From: Vicugna vicugna
Lineage: Eukaryota
Direction of reading: 5' to 3'
Length of the DNA: 64,000 bases
NCBI GenBank assembly: GCA_013265495.1
Contig: MU058423.1
Coordinates: forward strand, 2,061,061-2,125,060
Shown here in pieces: positions 36,562-48,489 of the stretch. Position 1 is the first letter of the stretch. Every line of letters starts with the position of its first letter. The translations under genes and the position numbers were made by a program. Under the pieces are notes generated by a model, which was given only the letters and a program-made list of their open reading frames with translations, was not told the origin of the DNA and did not search any database.

Positions 36562-39088
36562 GCCTCATTCAGTAGAAAGAACAGGTTAGCATCCGAAGAG
36601 CAAGAGCTGGGGAGTCAGAGAGCCCTGGCTCTGAGTCACAGCCCACCACTCTCTAGCTGTGTGACCTCGGGCAAGCTGTTCACCCTCTCACAACCTCAGT
36701 CTTTTAAACGGGGATAATACCCCCATTGTAAGTTCACTGGGAGGATTAGCGATTACTGCAAAGCACCTGCATGGAGTGCTCAGTAAACAGTAGTTATTAA
36801 TTTTTAAAATTTTGTATTCTCACTTGTGTGTCCCAGGTACAGCTGAAGGCTTGCCTTTGCCTGTGATTGTTAGCAGGAGGCAGGTCCCCTTCTGGCGTGA
36901 GGGCCACCAAAGCTCCATCCAGCTGTGCACATCAGTATTAACCCCCAGAAGGTGGGCAGTTCAGGATGGTTTGCCAGCTCTGTTATTAGTTAAGTGTCTG
37001 TGACAAGATGCTTAACATCTCGGAATCCTGGTTTCTTTGTTACTTCAACGGAAAGAATTTACCCTGCCCAGCCCCAAACTTCTGACTTCAGCTGGAATGC
37101 CCTGGCTGCTGTGATTCCACATCCAAAGGGCCAAGTATCTAGGGCTCCTGGAGGACTTCGAGGGGCCGACTAGGCTCTGAGCTTATCTGCAGAGCTCCTG
37201 GCTGGATCCCTCTGCAGAGAGCTGAGGAGAAAACACTCTCTGACGGTCTAGCCCCTTGGAATCCAAGAGGGAAGAACCCAAGCAGGTGAAAAGTCCTCAG
37301 AGGCTCCAGAATGCTCAGATATAGGGCCCCTAACCACCTTGTCTCATTCCTGCCTTCCCTGGCTTGCCCTGTTTCCCCATCTCCATCAAGTTAAATCCGC
37401 CTCCTCCCCCAATCCCCAACTTTGAAAGAGCCTGAATGACCTGCACTTGTCTCCCCTCAGTGCACACAGCCAAGAGCGGACACTGGCAGGGTTAGAGAAC
37501 TGTGTGAGAAGCCCGGGAAACTCACAGCTGACCCAGGCCAGGGCCTCACTTTGCCCTCACCTTCTGAGCCAGTCCCAGGGCTGTGGGAGAAGAAACAGAA
37601 GTAGCACCCTAGCTTTGCTCCCAGTCCCGAAAAAGCTCCCTGCCTTACGGTGGCTGCCCTGGGATGGGTATGCCTCAGTCTCTGGGCCCTCTGTTCCTCC
37701 CTCCCCTTCCAGGAGATGCATATACCCTGGTCAAGCATTTATGACAGCCTGGCCCCTCCCTGCAGCCGTACTTCCCAATCTCCTACCCTCCCCTGGGGGG
37801 TTGGTGGGAGGGGAGTGGAACTTTTCCTTCCATGACTGCGTGGAAGCCCAGCCCAGGAGGTGCTGGAGAGGGTGGCAGGGCTCTGAGACTCATTAACGTG
37901 ATGACTTGGATGCCAGAGGTAACTACCAGCTTCCACAGCAGGAGGAGGTCCCCAGACCCAACACATCACACTGCTCTTTCCTGTCTCCCAGACAGACCCC
38001 AGTCAGGTTTCCAGCCACGGTTTGGGGCTGCCAGCCATGAGATTAGGCACAACCCCCAGGGTTCTCTTTTTAAAAGAATCTAAACCATCCTTCAGGGGTT
38101 TTTTTGGTTGTTTTTTTTCTTTTTCAGATGCTCAAACCTATCTCCCCCACTGCCCCCTTCCACTTAAGGGGGTTAGGGAAAACTGGATTGACTTGGGGAG
38201 CGGGTGGTGGGAAAGGACTAAATCTTGCATAAATCAACCTGTACCTCTTCCCCCATCCATACCCATACACCTATTTCAAGCAGTAACCTGAACCAGGGCT
38301 TTCTGGGAAGCCAATTTGTGCTGCAGCAGGAAGAAAGCAGCAGCAACAAATCTAGGATCATCCCCAGGCAGCCTGTGGCTGGCCACTGGCTGTGGAAGCC
38401 GGAAGGGCCCGGAACATTAGGCTCTTCCTGTCTGACTCTACCCCCAGCCTAGCTGAGGCCAGGACAACCCAGGAGTCCTGGAAGCCTCAGGGGCAGGCAT
38501 CTTGACTTTTATCCCTGGGAAAAAGAAGGCCTCTCCCAAACCTGGGCAAGAGACCTGGGTTCTGGTCCCAGCTCTGCCTGTCATGGTGGCTGAAGAGGCT
38601 GAAGCCTCTGTTCCCTTTTCTAAAACTCAGTTCTTGGCACACTGAGCTGCTAGGGGGATTTCAACAAGGTGGGATCAAGGAAGCAGCAAACCCAATGACC
38701 CACTAGAGTAGGCACTTACACTAGTTTTCTCCCCCAAACCCGACCTAACCCCAGCATAAGGCTTCATTTCAGCTCTCCAGGACTCTGTCCTTCAGAGGAA
38801 TAGGGGGTAGATGTTTCTACCATTCCACCGCCTGTGCAGAAAGAAGGGGGTGGAGGAGCTCAGCTAAAGGCACCCCACTCACTGAGAGGGGATGTCTTAA
38901 AAGCAGGAGCTGGGATTAGGTCCAAGTAGTAAGTCAAATGCGTGCAGTCTCCTGATGAAGCGTGCAGGGGCGGGTGGGGGGGTATGATTCCCCTGGGGGC
39001 CCATGGAAGGCAGGGGGAATTGGGAAGGAGGCGGTGGTAAAGTCAGTCAGTCTAGGTCCGAGAGGAGACCCAGGCTCCTGCCACTCAC

Positions 39089-39766
39089 CCTGGCAGCCCG
39101 GGAGGAGTAAGGATCCTCGAAGAGCGCCCACATGCGGGGTTGCCAGCCTCGGCAGCCCCCGGACCCAGCGCCGGGGCCCGCGCCTCCCTCGTGGGGCCCC
39201 AGGCGCTGCAGGGCCAGATCCCGCTCATCGTCGCCGGCCTCGTCGCCGGGCCCCGGGCCCCCGGCACCTCCGTCAGGGCTCTCGAAGATGTCGAGCGCCT
39301 CCTCGGCGTCACGGTGCTGCCGGTAGGTCATCCAGCAGCAGGGCTCCACGTCGGTCTCGTCGATGCCCCAGAAGGTGAGCTCCTCTTCGAAGAGAGGCCC
39401 GCACACGTCGGCCGGGCAGTGCAGCTTGCCGGTGCGGTAGTAGTTGAGCACGTAAGCAAAGACGCCCGGGTGCCGGTCGAAGAAGAACTCGCAGCCCCCG
39501 CCGCCGTTGCTGCCGCTGCTGCCTGCACCGCCGCCATCGGACTCGGGCCGGCCCCCGCCGTCGGGATCCGCCAGCCAGGCGAGGCGGGTGCCCGGTAGGG
39601 TTCTCAGGGTGCTGCGGTAGGTCTCATGTCGCGTGCCGCCCACGTTGATGATGATCTTCTCCGACGCCTCGCCCTTGGCCATCTCCTCCTTCAGACATGT
39701 TTTGGACGGAGGCTTGTTCCCCGACTTGCGCCCGCGGTAGGAGGAGACACACACCGAGCTGATCAT
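39089..39766 (-). CDS. KCNC4: KCNC4 (Kv3.4) coding exon 1: N-terminal inactivation peptide and T1/BTB tetramerisation domain (226 codons)
   Basis: ATG at 39766; [29 protein letters not shown]...[11 protein letters not shown]...FFFDRHP...[12 protein letters not shown]; donor AGG|GTGAGT at 39088, phase 0. Confidence 0.98.
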
Positions 39767-41260
39767 AAGAAGCGCTGCGGGGCTTCGGCTTGGGGCGGCC
39801 GCTGCCCTCCAAACACCCTTCCCGAGGAGGCAGCGTCAGACGGGGGAGGGGGAGGAGACGACGAGGAGGCAGGAGGAGGCTGCGGCCCCCTCTGCGGCTT
39901 GGCCCTGCCCCTGCCTCCCCCCCGGGGCGCCGAGCGGGAGGAGTTGGATTTCTCGGGTGTACAGGTGGTTGGGGTTTAGGGAGACAGGCAGGAGGGGGAA
40001 AGCAGAGCCGAGGACCCAAGCGAGGCGCCCAGGGAGGCAGGGGCAAGCACACACGCGCTTCCCCGCTAGGACTGGACACTCAGACGCTCGAGGCCCGGGA
40101 CACGCCCCCCCTTCACCTCCCTAAAGACAGGGAAGCGCACAGTCCAGGCGCACTGCGAGGATCCAGGGCGCGCACGCGCTCACACTCACACTGGCCACCC
40201 TCCGGCTCCCAGTCCGCGCCGAGCCCCGGGAGCGGCCGGCTTCCCCGCGGCGGCGGCGGCAGCGCAGCAGCAACAAGTCCTCCGAGCGGCTGCCGGGGCC
40301 GGGCCGACGCTCTCACGGCAGCCGGAGCTCCGCGGGCCCGGGCTGCGTGCGGTCAACACGAGGCGGCGGCGGCGGCATGTGGCCTCTTCCCCCCATTCAT
40401 AAATCCAGCGCAGGGCACGGATGGCGGGCGGGGCCGAGCGGAGCGCGGCGTTCTGGCGGGCGGGTGCTGCGCAGGGAGAGGCGGCAGAAGGAAAACAAGC
40501 GCGCCCGCAGGAGAGAGCCTCCGATCCTGCGTCCGCGGCGCGGCAGCGGCGAGGAGCTGCGCTGGGCTGGGCGCTGCGCTGCGGGGGCCGTACTGGGGCG
40601 GGGGGGCCTCAGACGGGGCGTCCTGCGTGGCGCCAAGCTTGGGGGGCGGGGCAGCTCCCGGGAGCAGGGCTCTGGGTACTGGCGAAGGAGTCTCCCGGGC
40701 GGCGGCCGAGCGGCCAAGGACACCTGCAGGCTTCCTAGGCAGCGCGGAGAGGGAGCCTCAGCGCAGCGCCCCGGCGCCGGGCTCCTGCGATCTGGCGGCG
40801 CTGGGAGCCACGCCATCCACGCGTCTGCCCATCTCCGGGCGGGGCGCCGGCCTTGGCCCGCTGCAGGGGGCGGTCGAGAGGTGGCCTAAGGGAAGGGGCG
40901 CCTCCACGCGGGTGGGCTGCGGCTCAGGGGGTTCCCCTTCTCTCTCCGGCTTTGGCAGCGGACGCCACTCTCCACTGGCGCCTTTTCCTCCCGGCCCCGC
41001 CTCGCCCGGGCGCGCCCTCCGCGGGGCGGGGTGGGCGGGGCGCTGCGCGGCTCGCTGCAGGGCCCCGGCGGCTGAGCTCTGCCTGTCTCCGCGGAGCCGA
41101 GCCGAGCCGAGCCAGGCGCGCAACCCCCTCGCCGCCCGCGCGCCGCTCTTGCGCGCCTCCGTCGCCATCCCCCCCCGCACCCCCCGCCTCCCTCGAGCTT
41201 GCAGCTCCTCCCACTGCAGTCCCGGTGACACCGAAGCGCTCTCGACCCCTGACCTCTAAC
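39090..41260. promoter_or_regulatory. CpG island covering KCNC4 promoter, 5' UTR and exon 1
   Basis: Very high GC and CpG density, many GC boxes (GGGGCGGGG), short GCC and GAGCC repeats. Confidence 0.92.
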
Positions 41261-44200
41261 CTCTGTCGCCTTCTTCTGGCTGCTCCCTTTGGCCCCTCCC
41301 CACCAAGCTGATCGCGTTGTTGCTATTTGCGGCTAACTGGAGGCCGGGGAAGAAAGAGTGGAGAGATGGTTTCGCTAGGAGGAGGCTGCCCACTCCTGAC
41401 CCAGACACTGTGTTGGGGCCTCCTGACCACTTAGCCCCCAGCAGGCCCAAGATCCCTGTGAACTTGATGCTTGCAGCCTCTGTCACAGTCACTGAAACCC
41501 CCGCGGTGGAATAGGGGACCCGGTGGCCTTGGGCAGAGAAGCAGCTCCTGGTCTGGGTGGAACGAAACCGTAGCCCTGGCCCTGTTAGGGGTGTGGGGCA
41601 GGTGGCCCCGAAAGGTTAAAGCCGTGGCTCATCGTTGTCCTGGGGACATATAGGAAGTGTCCCACCTTGTGACTCCCTCCTGGTTCTACCGTTGTTTCAC
41701 TCGTTGCAAGTTGACTTTGCCCTTTTTATGTCTTATCTCCCCTCTCTGACCCTGAGCTCTTCCAGACCACACTGCTTTTTCATCTTGATGGCTCCCACAG
41801 TGCCTGCCTCTGAGAACCTGTTTGCTAAGTGATTGAGAAGCTGCCCAGTACAAAACATTAGGCACCAGCCTGGGTTGACTGGCCTCATCCCAAGAGCAAC
41901 GTCCAGATTCATTTGTTTTTATGCCCAGACTTTTTCTACATTTTGGATTAATCCTTTTTTTTCCTTTTTCTTTCTTTCTTTTAACAGTTTTAGGCAGCTT
42001 CCATGTCCATCTGGATGACATAAGAAGGATTTTAAAGCAGAAATACAAGGTGATTGACACACCTGCCCTGGACACCTGTGCACCATCTGATTTCCAGATC
42101 AGGCATTACTTGACTCTACTGGGAGAAATAAGAAAGGGGCCCAGGGGTGCTCCAAGGAAAGGTTATTGCGAATTCAAGGGATTCTTATAAGCAAAAGTCT
42201 CATCATTGATGAGGTTAGAACACCAAAATGACATGACAATGATCTCTGGCCTGTATTAACATGCAGAAGAGGTGGATAGCATCCTGGACTGTAGCCAGAA
42301 ACATACATTTGCTGATACCTATTTTGTGTCCAGCCGCTCTACCCCTTGGACTTGATGTCTGCATTTAACTGGCCTTCAATTTTGCTGCAGCGAAAAAGAA
42401 ATCTCCTAAACGTGACTGGAAAGAGAAGACCTAGGACTGCCCAGCAGCTGGAGTGAGGAAGGAAGACACACAGCGAGGATATTAAAAAACTGACTGTAAT
42501 GGATAGTTTTAAAGCCCTATCTGGTTGTGTCCCAGTGAACTCCCTTGAGGTCTCTCCCCCAGTTTCTATTCTTCAGGCTGGCTGAACTCAGTCATTCCAA
42601 AACGAGGGAGATGCTGATGGGGTGGGGTGAGAGAGATGAAAAAAACCATCTCAGCATCCCATTACTAAGTCATTTGTTCATTTAGCAAATATTTCTTGAG
42701 TGCCTACTCTGGGCCAGAAGCTGTTCCAGGCACTGGAAATCAGTGAATGAAACAGAGCCCCTCCAACCTCTCCCTGGTAAATCTCTGCCTCTTGGTGCTT
42801 CCACTCTGCAGCATCTGTAGATGGTGATAAACATGTGGGGAGATGGGTGGAGGGAGAAAGCTGCCAGGACAAAGGCGGCCAGGAGGGGAGGTCAGAAAGC
42901 TGGGAGAGGCAGCGAGGTGAAGGTGCAGTGGTGGGAGTACCCCTGACTCAGCACGCTGACCAGCTCCTGGAGAGGGAAACTCAGCCTCAGGCCAGAGTTC
43001 TCCAGACAAGTCCTCACTGCTTGTAAAGGATTTTGTCCTAGAGCTCTGGGCTAGCCCGTTACCTGAGCCCCTCTGGGATTTTCTGGAAGATTCAGTATGC
43101 TGCAGTTAACATCATAGGGACTTGTCTCTGTCAATTCTGTAGGTATGAGGTCATGCTATTTCCTCAAAGTTCAGAACCCAGGAAGGAAAGAGCCCCCATG
43201 CCCAGCCTGCCATGACAGCCTACGGTGGGTGGGTGGGTGCTGCCCCCTGGTGGTACTAGGAGATCCTTCTCCAGACCTCCCACACTGGGCTGTGGTAATG
43301 GAAGAAAAAGGGGCTAATAGTCCTGAAGTAATGACTGGTTCTAGGTTTCCCGTCAACTCCAGGACCTCAGGTAGCTCTCCATCTGGGACTCTGCCTGCTT
43401 TCTTTTCTCGCTTTTACTTTCCTCCAAAACCTTGATAACCAACAGGCTTAAGCAAGACCATGAAGCAGTCACAGTTAGAAATTCCTAATTTCATAAACTT
43501 CTTTCCCTTCACTGTCACCTTTTCTCTACCTTCCTCCCCTGCATGCCCTGGTTTCTTCTGGCTTTCCAGAAAGAACATCAGTCTGGGAGCCAGCTTATGC
43601 TGAAGTGTTGGTCACAGTGGGTTTCTATCACCAGGAATAAAGGTATGGCAAAAGAAAAGGAAAAGAGAGCAATGTTTGATCCCAGAGTGGCACTGATGGG
43701 AGCCTGTGAAGTACCTGTAGCCTTTCTAGTGCCCCCCTCTCACATAAGGCCCTTGCTGTCTGAGAACTGAGGGCAATCTGGCCAGTGGGAGGCTTGAGAG
43801 CCTGATATTACAGCCATTTACCCCTCCCCTTCCCCTTCTGGGCCTGGTGTGGGGCTCAGCCACTTTGGGGTGACATGAGCCATCCAATCTCCTCTCCATC
43901 TTTTTTCTGTGGACTCTGGACTCTGCTTGTTTTGAGGGGCTCCAGGTCTAGGAGCAGGCCCCGTGGCTGCCAAGACAAGGTCCTAGCCATTGATATTCAC
44001 ACCTTCCCCTTTTGATATCCCAGCTCCTGCCAAGGACCAACCCCGTCCTTCCTCAGGTTCAGGTCAAGGAGCCAGCATCCTTTCCCAGCCTTCCATGCTT
44101 CCCAGACTGGTTAATTGAGTTGCTTTATCAGCCATCATCATGGGGCAGAGGGTGATAGAGCCTTTTCCTTCGTGGAGGGAGAAATGGGAGGGCGAGAGGA

Positions 44201-45669
44201 GACTGAAACCTCCTGTTAGCTTATCACTTCATTTTATCTTACCTCCCACCCCTACCTCTAGGCAGCCAGTGGAGACTTGCAGGCTCCAAATCAAATGCTG
44301 AGAGCCTTCCTGGGAGGAATTGGGAAGGACTTGGACACAGAAGATGGCCCATAGGGCCTTGTGGAGGTCATCGAGAAGGGCTCTGTGCAAGGGCTGAGGA
44401 CAGGGTTGGGCTGCTGTGAAAATCCTAGTGAAGGTGTATTCAGGGCTCTGGGGGAGCTCCACAGATGGCCTTTGATGGCCCAGCTCTTAAAGGGAAAGGA
44501 TCAAAAGTCCTGGGCAGGACTCAGAGCCTCATAAATCATGGACTTGGAGTCAAAGGGCTGGAAGGGACCTGAGTGTCAGCTTACAGACATGGTCTCCTTG
44601 AGAGATTTCAGACCTAAGGAGCCATGAGTGCTGGGAAACTGAACTGGGCCTGGGGTTGGGCCCATGTGGCCTCTGCATGTGGAACAGTGTTCATGGGTAT
44701 CACAGAATCGGGGCTGGCTAAGTGGATCCCCAGAGCCCTCCTGGCTCCAGGATGCTGAGGAAGAGACCCAGCTCAGGTCCAGAGAGCAAGAGCGCATGTG
44801 CACACATGGTAGCTCAGGACCCAGCTGGCAAGACTCCTTGGCGCTCAATGCTCCTCCATCTAGAAAAGTATAGATTCCTCCCACTTGGGCTGAACTCCAG
44901 CAAAACTGGTTTATTCCATTAGAGTAGTGAATTAGGCCTGATGGTCCTGTTCCCCTCTGGCAATGGCTGCAGGAAAAGGAAAGCAGTTGTTCGGAGAGGC
45001 AGACCAAACTCCGGCTCCTCCTGGGGACTCATGAAGCCCGTGGATCCTTCCCTGCTTGGGCCATCCGTGAGAAGAACAAAGACACCCAGAAGCCAGCCAC
45101 AGGCTCCACCTCCACTGGGTCTGCTCTGCAACCGGCACCATGGTTTGCATGGAATAGTCCTAATAATGGCTGGTTTGCTGTTGAGTGACAGATAAGGCCT
45201 TCTCCCCATTTCCCGGGTTTCTTCGCACATGCAACCATGTAAGTAAATGCAGCAGCGTGCCCGGCACTGGTGAGTGTGACATGGCAGGTTGTGCCAAGTC
45301 AGATTATAACTACAAGGCAGGGACCCCTGCCTGAGTTTTCCTTGTATATTCCCAGTGCTTGGCACAATCCTATGCACTCAGAACACTTGTTTTATGCTTG
45401 ATGCATGGAATTAATGAGGTGGTGGAATGAGAGTGGGCAGGTGGGAGCCCTCCCTGTCAGCATTTTGCTGTACTAGAGGGCTCCTTGGATTTGGGAGTCA
45501 AGAAACCCAGTCTTTGGCCCCAGTTTTGCCCCTACTTGGTTGACACTCAGATCACTTCCAGCCCTTTTACTCCAAGTCCATGGTTTATGAGGCTCTGAGT
45601 TTCTCCTCTCTGGGCCTCAGTTTCCCCAGCTGTTCTATGAAGACGTTGGGCCAGATAATCACTAAGATT

Positions 45670-46180
45670 CATATTCTGATTCCTGCTGCTGTGAAGCAAG
45701 TTACCCCAATTTAGTGGTGTAAATCCAATAAGCATTGTATTTTGCTCGTGATTTTATGGGTCAGGAAGTTAGGAAGGGATGGTAAAGAGACCTTACTTAG
45801 AGTCCCTCGTGCAGCTGCAGGCAGATGCCAGCTGGGGCTGCAGACTTCTGAAGCTCAGCTGGGCTGAATGTGCACCACGGTGCGTTTATGTGGCTGGCAG
45901 TTGATGCTGGCTGTTGGCTGGGAACTTGGCTGAAGCTGTTCACCTGCAAACACATGGCCTCTCTGGAACAGGCTAGTCGCACGGTGGTTGCACTTCTTAG
46001 ATGGTGGCTGAGTTTCCCCAGAACCGGAGTCCCTAGAATGCCTGGTGGAAGGGGCATGATCTATTCTAATCTAGCCTCAGAAGTCACATGGCATCACTTC
46101 CGCCACACTCTGTTGGTCAAAGGAGGCGTTTGCTCACCCAGATTCAAGGGGAGGAGCGTGGACTCCATTCCCTTGAAGTG
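45670..46180 (-). mobile_element. MaLR (MLT1-type) solo LTR
   Basis: gttaccccaatttagtggtgtaaa...tatgggtcaggaa...gcctcagaagtcacatggcatcacttccgccacactctgttggtcaaa...cagattcaagggg. Confidence 0.75.
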
Positions 46181-46929
46181 TTAAAGAATTTGGGATCTTC
46201 TTTTTTTAAAAAAAAAGGCCACCACATCCCTATGGTCTGTAGAATCCTTCTACTCCAGCCCAAAGCCCTGTGCCCAGAACTGGGGGATGCTGTGTGGCTG
46301 GTTGTGGCTGTTTGTTATTGGGAGCCGGGTGGTGTGCGGGATGGGTGAGACCCCCACACTTTGATACTCCCTTTCCTTACATGGTGCCTTCTTTCCCCTT
46401 CTTCCTCTTCCTTCTTCTTTGGCTTCTTTGAGTTTTAGGCTGAAACTGTCCTTTCTGAATAGTTCTGGGAGAATGACTGCCTGCAAGGGAGATAGGGCCC
46501 CCAGAATGAAGCAGGCCCTGTGGACTTACTCAGTTGTAAGAAGGAAGGAAGCTAATATTTAATGGGCACCTATTCCAGCTTGGAAGGAATTCTATCCTAC
46601 ATTTGTGTGGGTTTTCCAGAAAGAGTTCATTTTCCCCTCATAACATCTCTGCAAAAAAGAGATTTTATTGTCATTTCTTCTTTTAGAAAAGGGAGGTTCA
46701 GAGAGTTCAGTGATTTGCCCCAGGTTATAGGATTGGTGACAGAGTCATGATTCAAACCTACCTCATGCTGCCTGCCCCAGGCAAACACACGGCAGAAGAA
46801 ATCATCTCTCGTGTCCTCCCACGTGGCCTTCTCTTCCTCCTTCTCTGCTCCCTCCATCCAGGGCCCCAAGCTCAGCCACTCACCTCCCATCAGAGCTTCC
46901 CTGTCTGTACCCCACTCAGGCACAAGTGA

Positions 46930-47482
46930 TGGGAGATCCCTGGCCCCCTGGAATGGGCTCATTACGTAGGCCACCAATTCTTTGGCCCCCTTCCCATCAG
47001 CCAGCGGGGCCTCTATGCCCTCCCATTGACTCTGGACAGATGCTGTGACACCCACGGAATATGGCAGAAGTGACACTGAGCCATTTTTCAAGTCCAGGGC
47101 TTAAGAAATTGGCAGCTTCTACCTCCCGTCTCTTGAAATGGTCTCTCTGGGCACCCTGAGCCATCACATACATGTCTGTCCACCCAGAGATAAACTGTGC
47201 TGGCGAGTCCAGTTGTAGAGGCTCCTCTGGGGACAGTTTGAGCTCAGGGTGCCAGCCGTTCTCACTGAGGTGCTGGCCATTTGAATGAATGTGAGCAAGG
47301 CCACCTTGAAGTCTCCAGACCAGCTCATCTGCCAACTGAATACCACGGAGCAACCTCAGTTGTCACCAGAAGAGCCACTCAGACAAACCCTGCCTGAATT
47401 ATTTACCCCCAAAACCATGAGCTGTAATAAAATGGTTGTTTTAAGCCACTAAGTTTTGAGGTAACTGGATACACAGCAACGT
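46930..47482 (+). mobile_element. MaLR (MLT1-type) solo LTR
   Basis: gaatatggcagaagtgacactg...ggcagcttctacctcc...aataaaatggttgttttaagccactaagttttg...acacagcaa. Confidence 0.75.
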
Positions 47483-47746
47483 GTGTTATCTCATTCAATC
47501 CATGCATTATTTCCATCTTACAGACTATGAAATTTAAGCTCAGAGTGGTTAAAATAATTTGCTCTAGGTCTTTCAGGAGGCAGAGGGCCTAGCTGGCATC
47601 TGAACTTGAACTGACTCCATAATTTCCTCAAACCCAAGCCTTTTTTATACCACCTCTCAGTGGATCTCTATGTCCCCCCTGGAAGCAGATTTGGCATTCC
47701 AAAAACATTACCTTCAACCAGAGAATTGAACTAATTTTCAAGGAGT

Positions 47747-47816
47747 GATATTTCCCCATTTGAGAGAGAGATGGGGAGGGCCAAGATATTTCCCCATTTG
47801 AGAGAGAGATGGGGAG
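47747..47816. repeat. Perfect 32-bp direct repeat, two copies, 6-bp spacer
   Basis: gatatttccccatttgagagagagatggggag at 47747-47778 and 47785-47816. Confidence 0.9.
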
Positions 47817-48483
47817 ATTTGAAGATGGGAGGGAGGAGGGAGGGGTTCCCTTCCCCAAACTCAGGACAGAGAGCCCTGATTTACTTATGTTTGTGTATCC
47901 ATAGCTGGCACAGAACCTATTCATGGTGGATACTTAATAAATGTGCGTTCAGTGAATAAATTAACAACGGAATAAGTGATTGAGTTGGTGGGGAAGGGAA
48001 ACAGACCAAGATCTGGAGAGAAAGGTTTTCCTGCCCTCTGGTGGCTATTCCTGGAACAGCACTTTCTTCTCTGTGGTGGGAGAAGGAAATGGAAGGTTCC
48101 TTGGGGGACTTCGGCTGTGTCAGGGATCAAGCAGCATCATTCCAGTCTGGAGTAGGGTGCCAGGGGGCGGGGCCTCCCCCAGGAGCCAGACTTCCTGTCT
48201 CTCCCAATGTCTGTGTTCCTTGAGATGTGAAGCAAGAAGTGCTTCCCCGACCCCTAGTTCATTCTGTTTCCTAGGAAAATAAATATATGTCCCTCTTCAT
48301 CCTCCTCAAACTCTTCAGCCAGACAGCTAGGCAGCCCCTAAGCTCCCACAGAAGTCCTCTCTGATCCCTCCCATCCAGGCTTTTGCTGCAAACCTGCCTT
48401 CGGGATCCATGGCCTCCACCATCCCCTCTCCCTGATGCCGGAGTAAGTCAGGAAGGCAAGAAAAGTTCAGTAAGAACAGACAC

Positions 48484-48489
48484 TTTACT
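48484..48489 (-). terminator. SLC6A17: Candidate SLC6A17 variant poly(A) signal AGTAAA (3' UTR about 3.5 kb)
   Basis: tttact on + strand; in sense it is preceded by TGTA and followed by T/GT-rich gtgtctgttcttactgaacttttcttg. Confidence 0.5.

Noticed and set aside
39790..41259. 489-aa + strand ORF, the longest in the track
   Set aside because: Non-ATG start, Gly/Ala/Arg/Pro low complexity, no domain; expected from stop-codon scarcity in a CpG island
47747..47816. Palindromic 32-bp direct repeats resembling a CRISPR repeat
   Set aside because: Only two copies, 6-bp spacer, no cas genes, mammalian context
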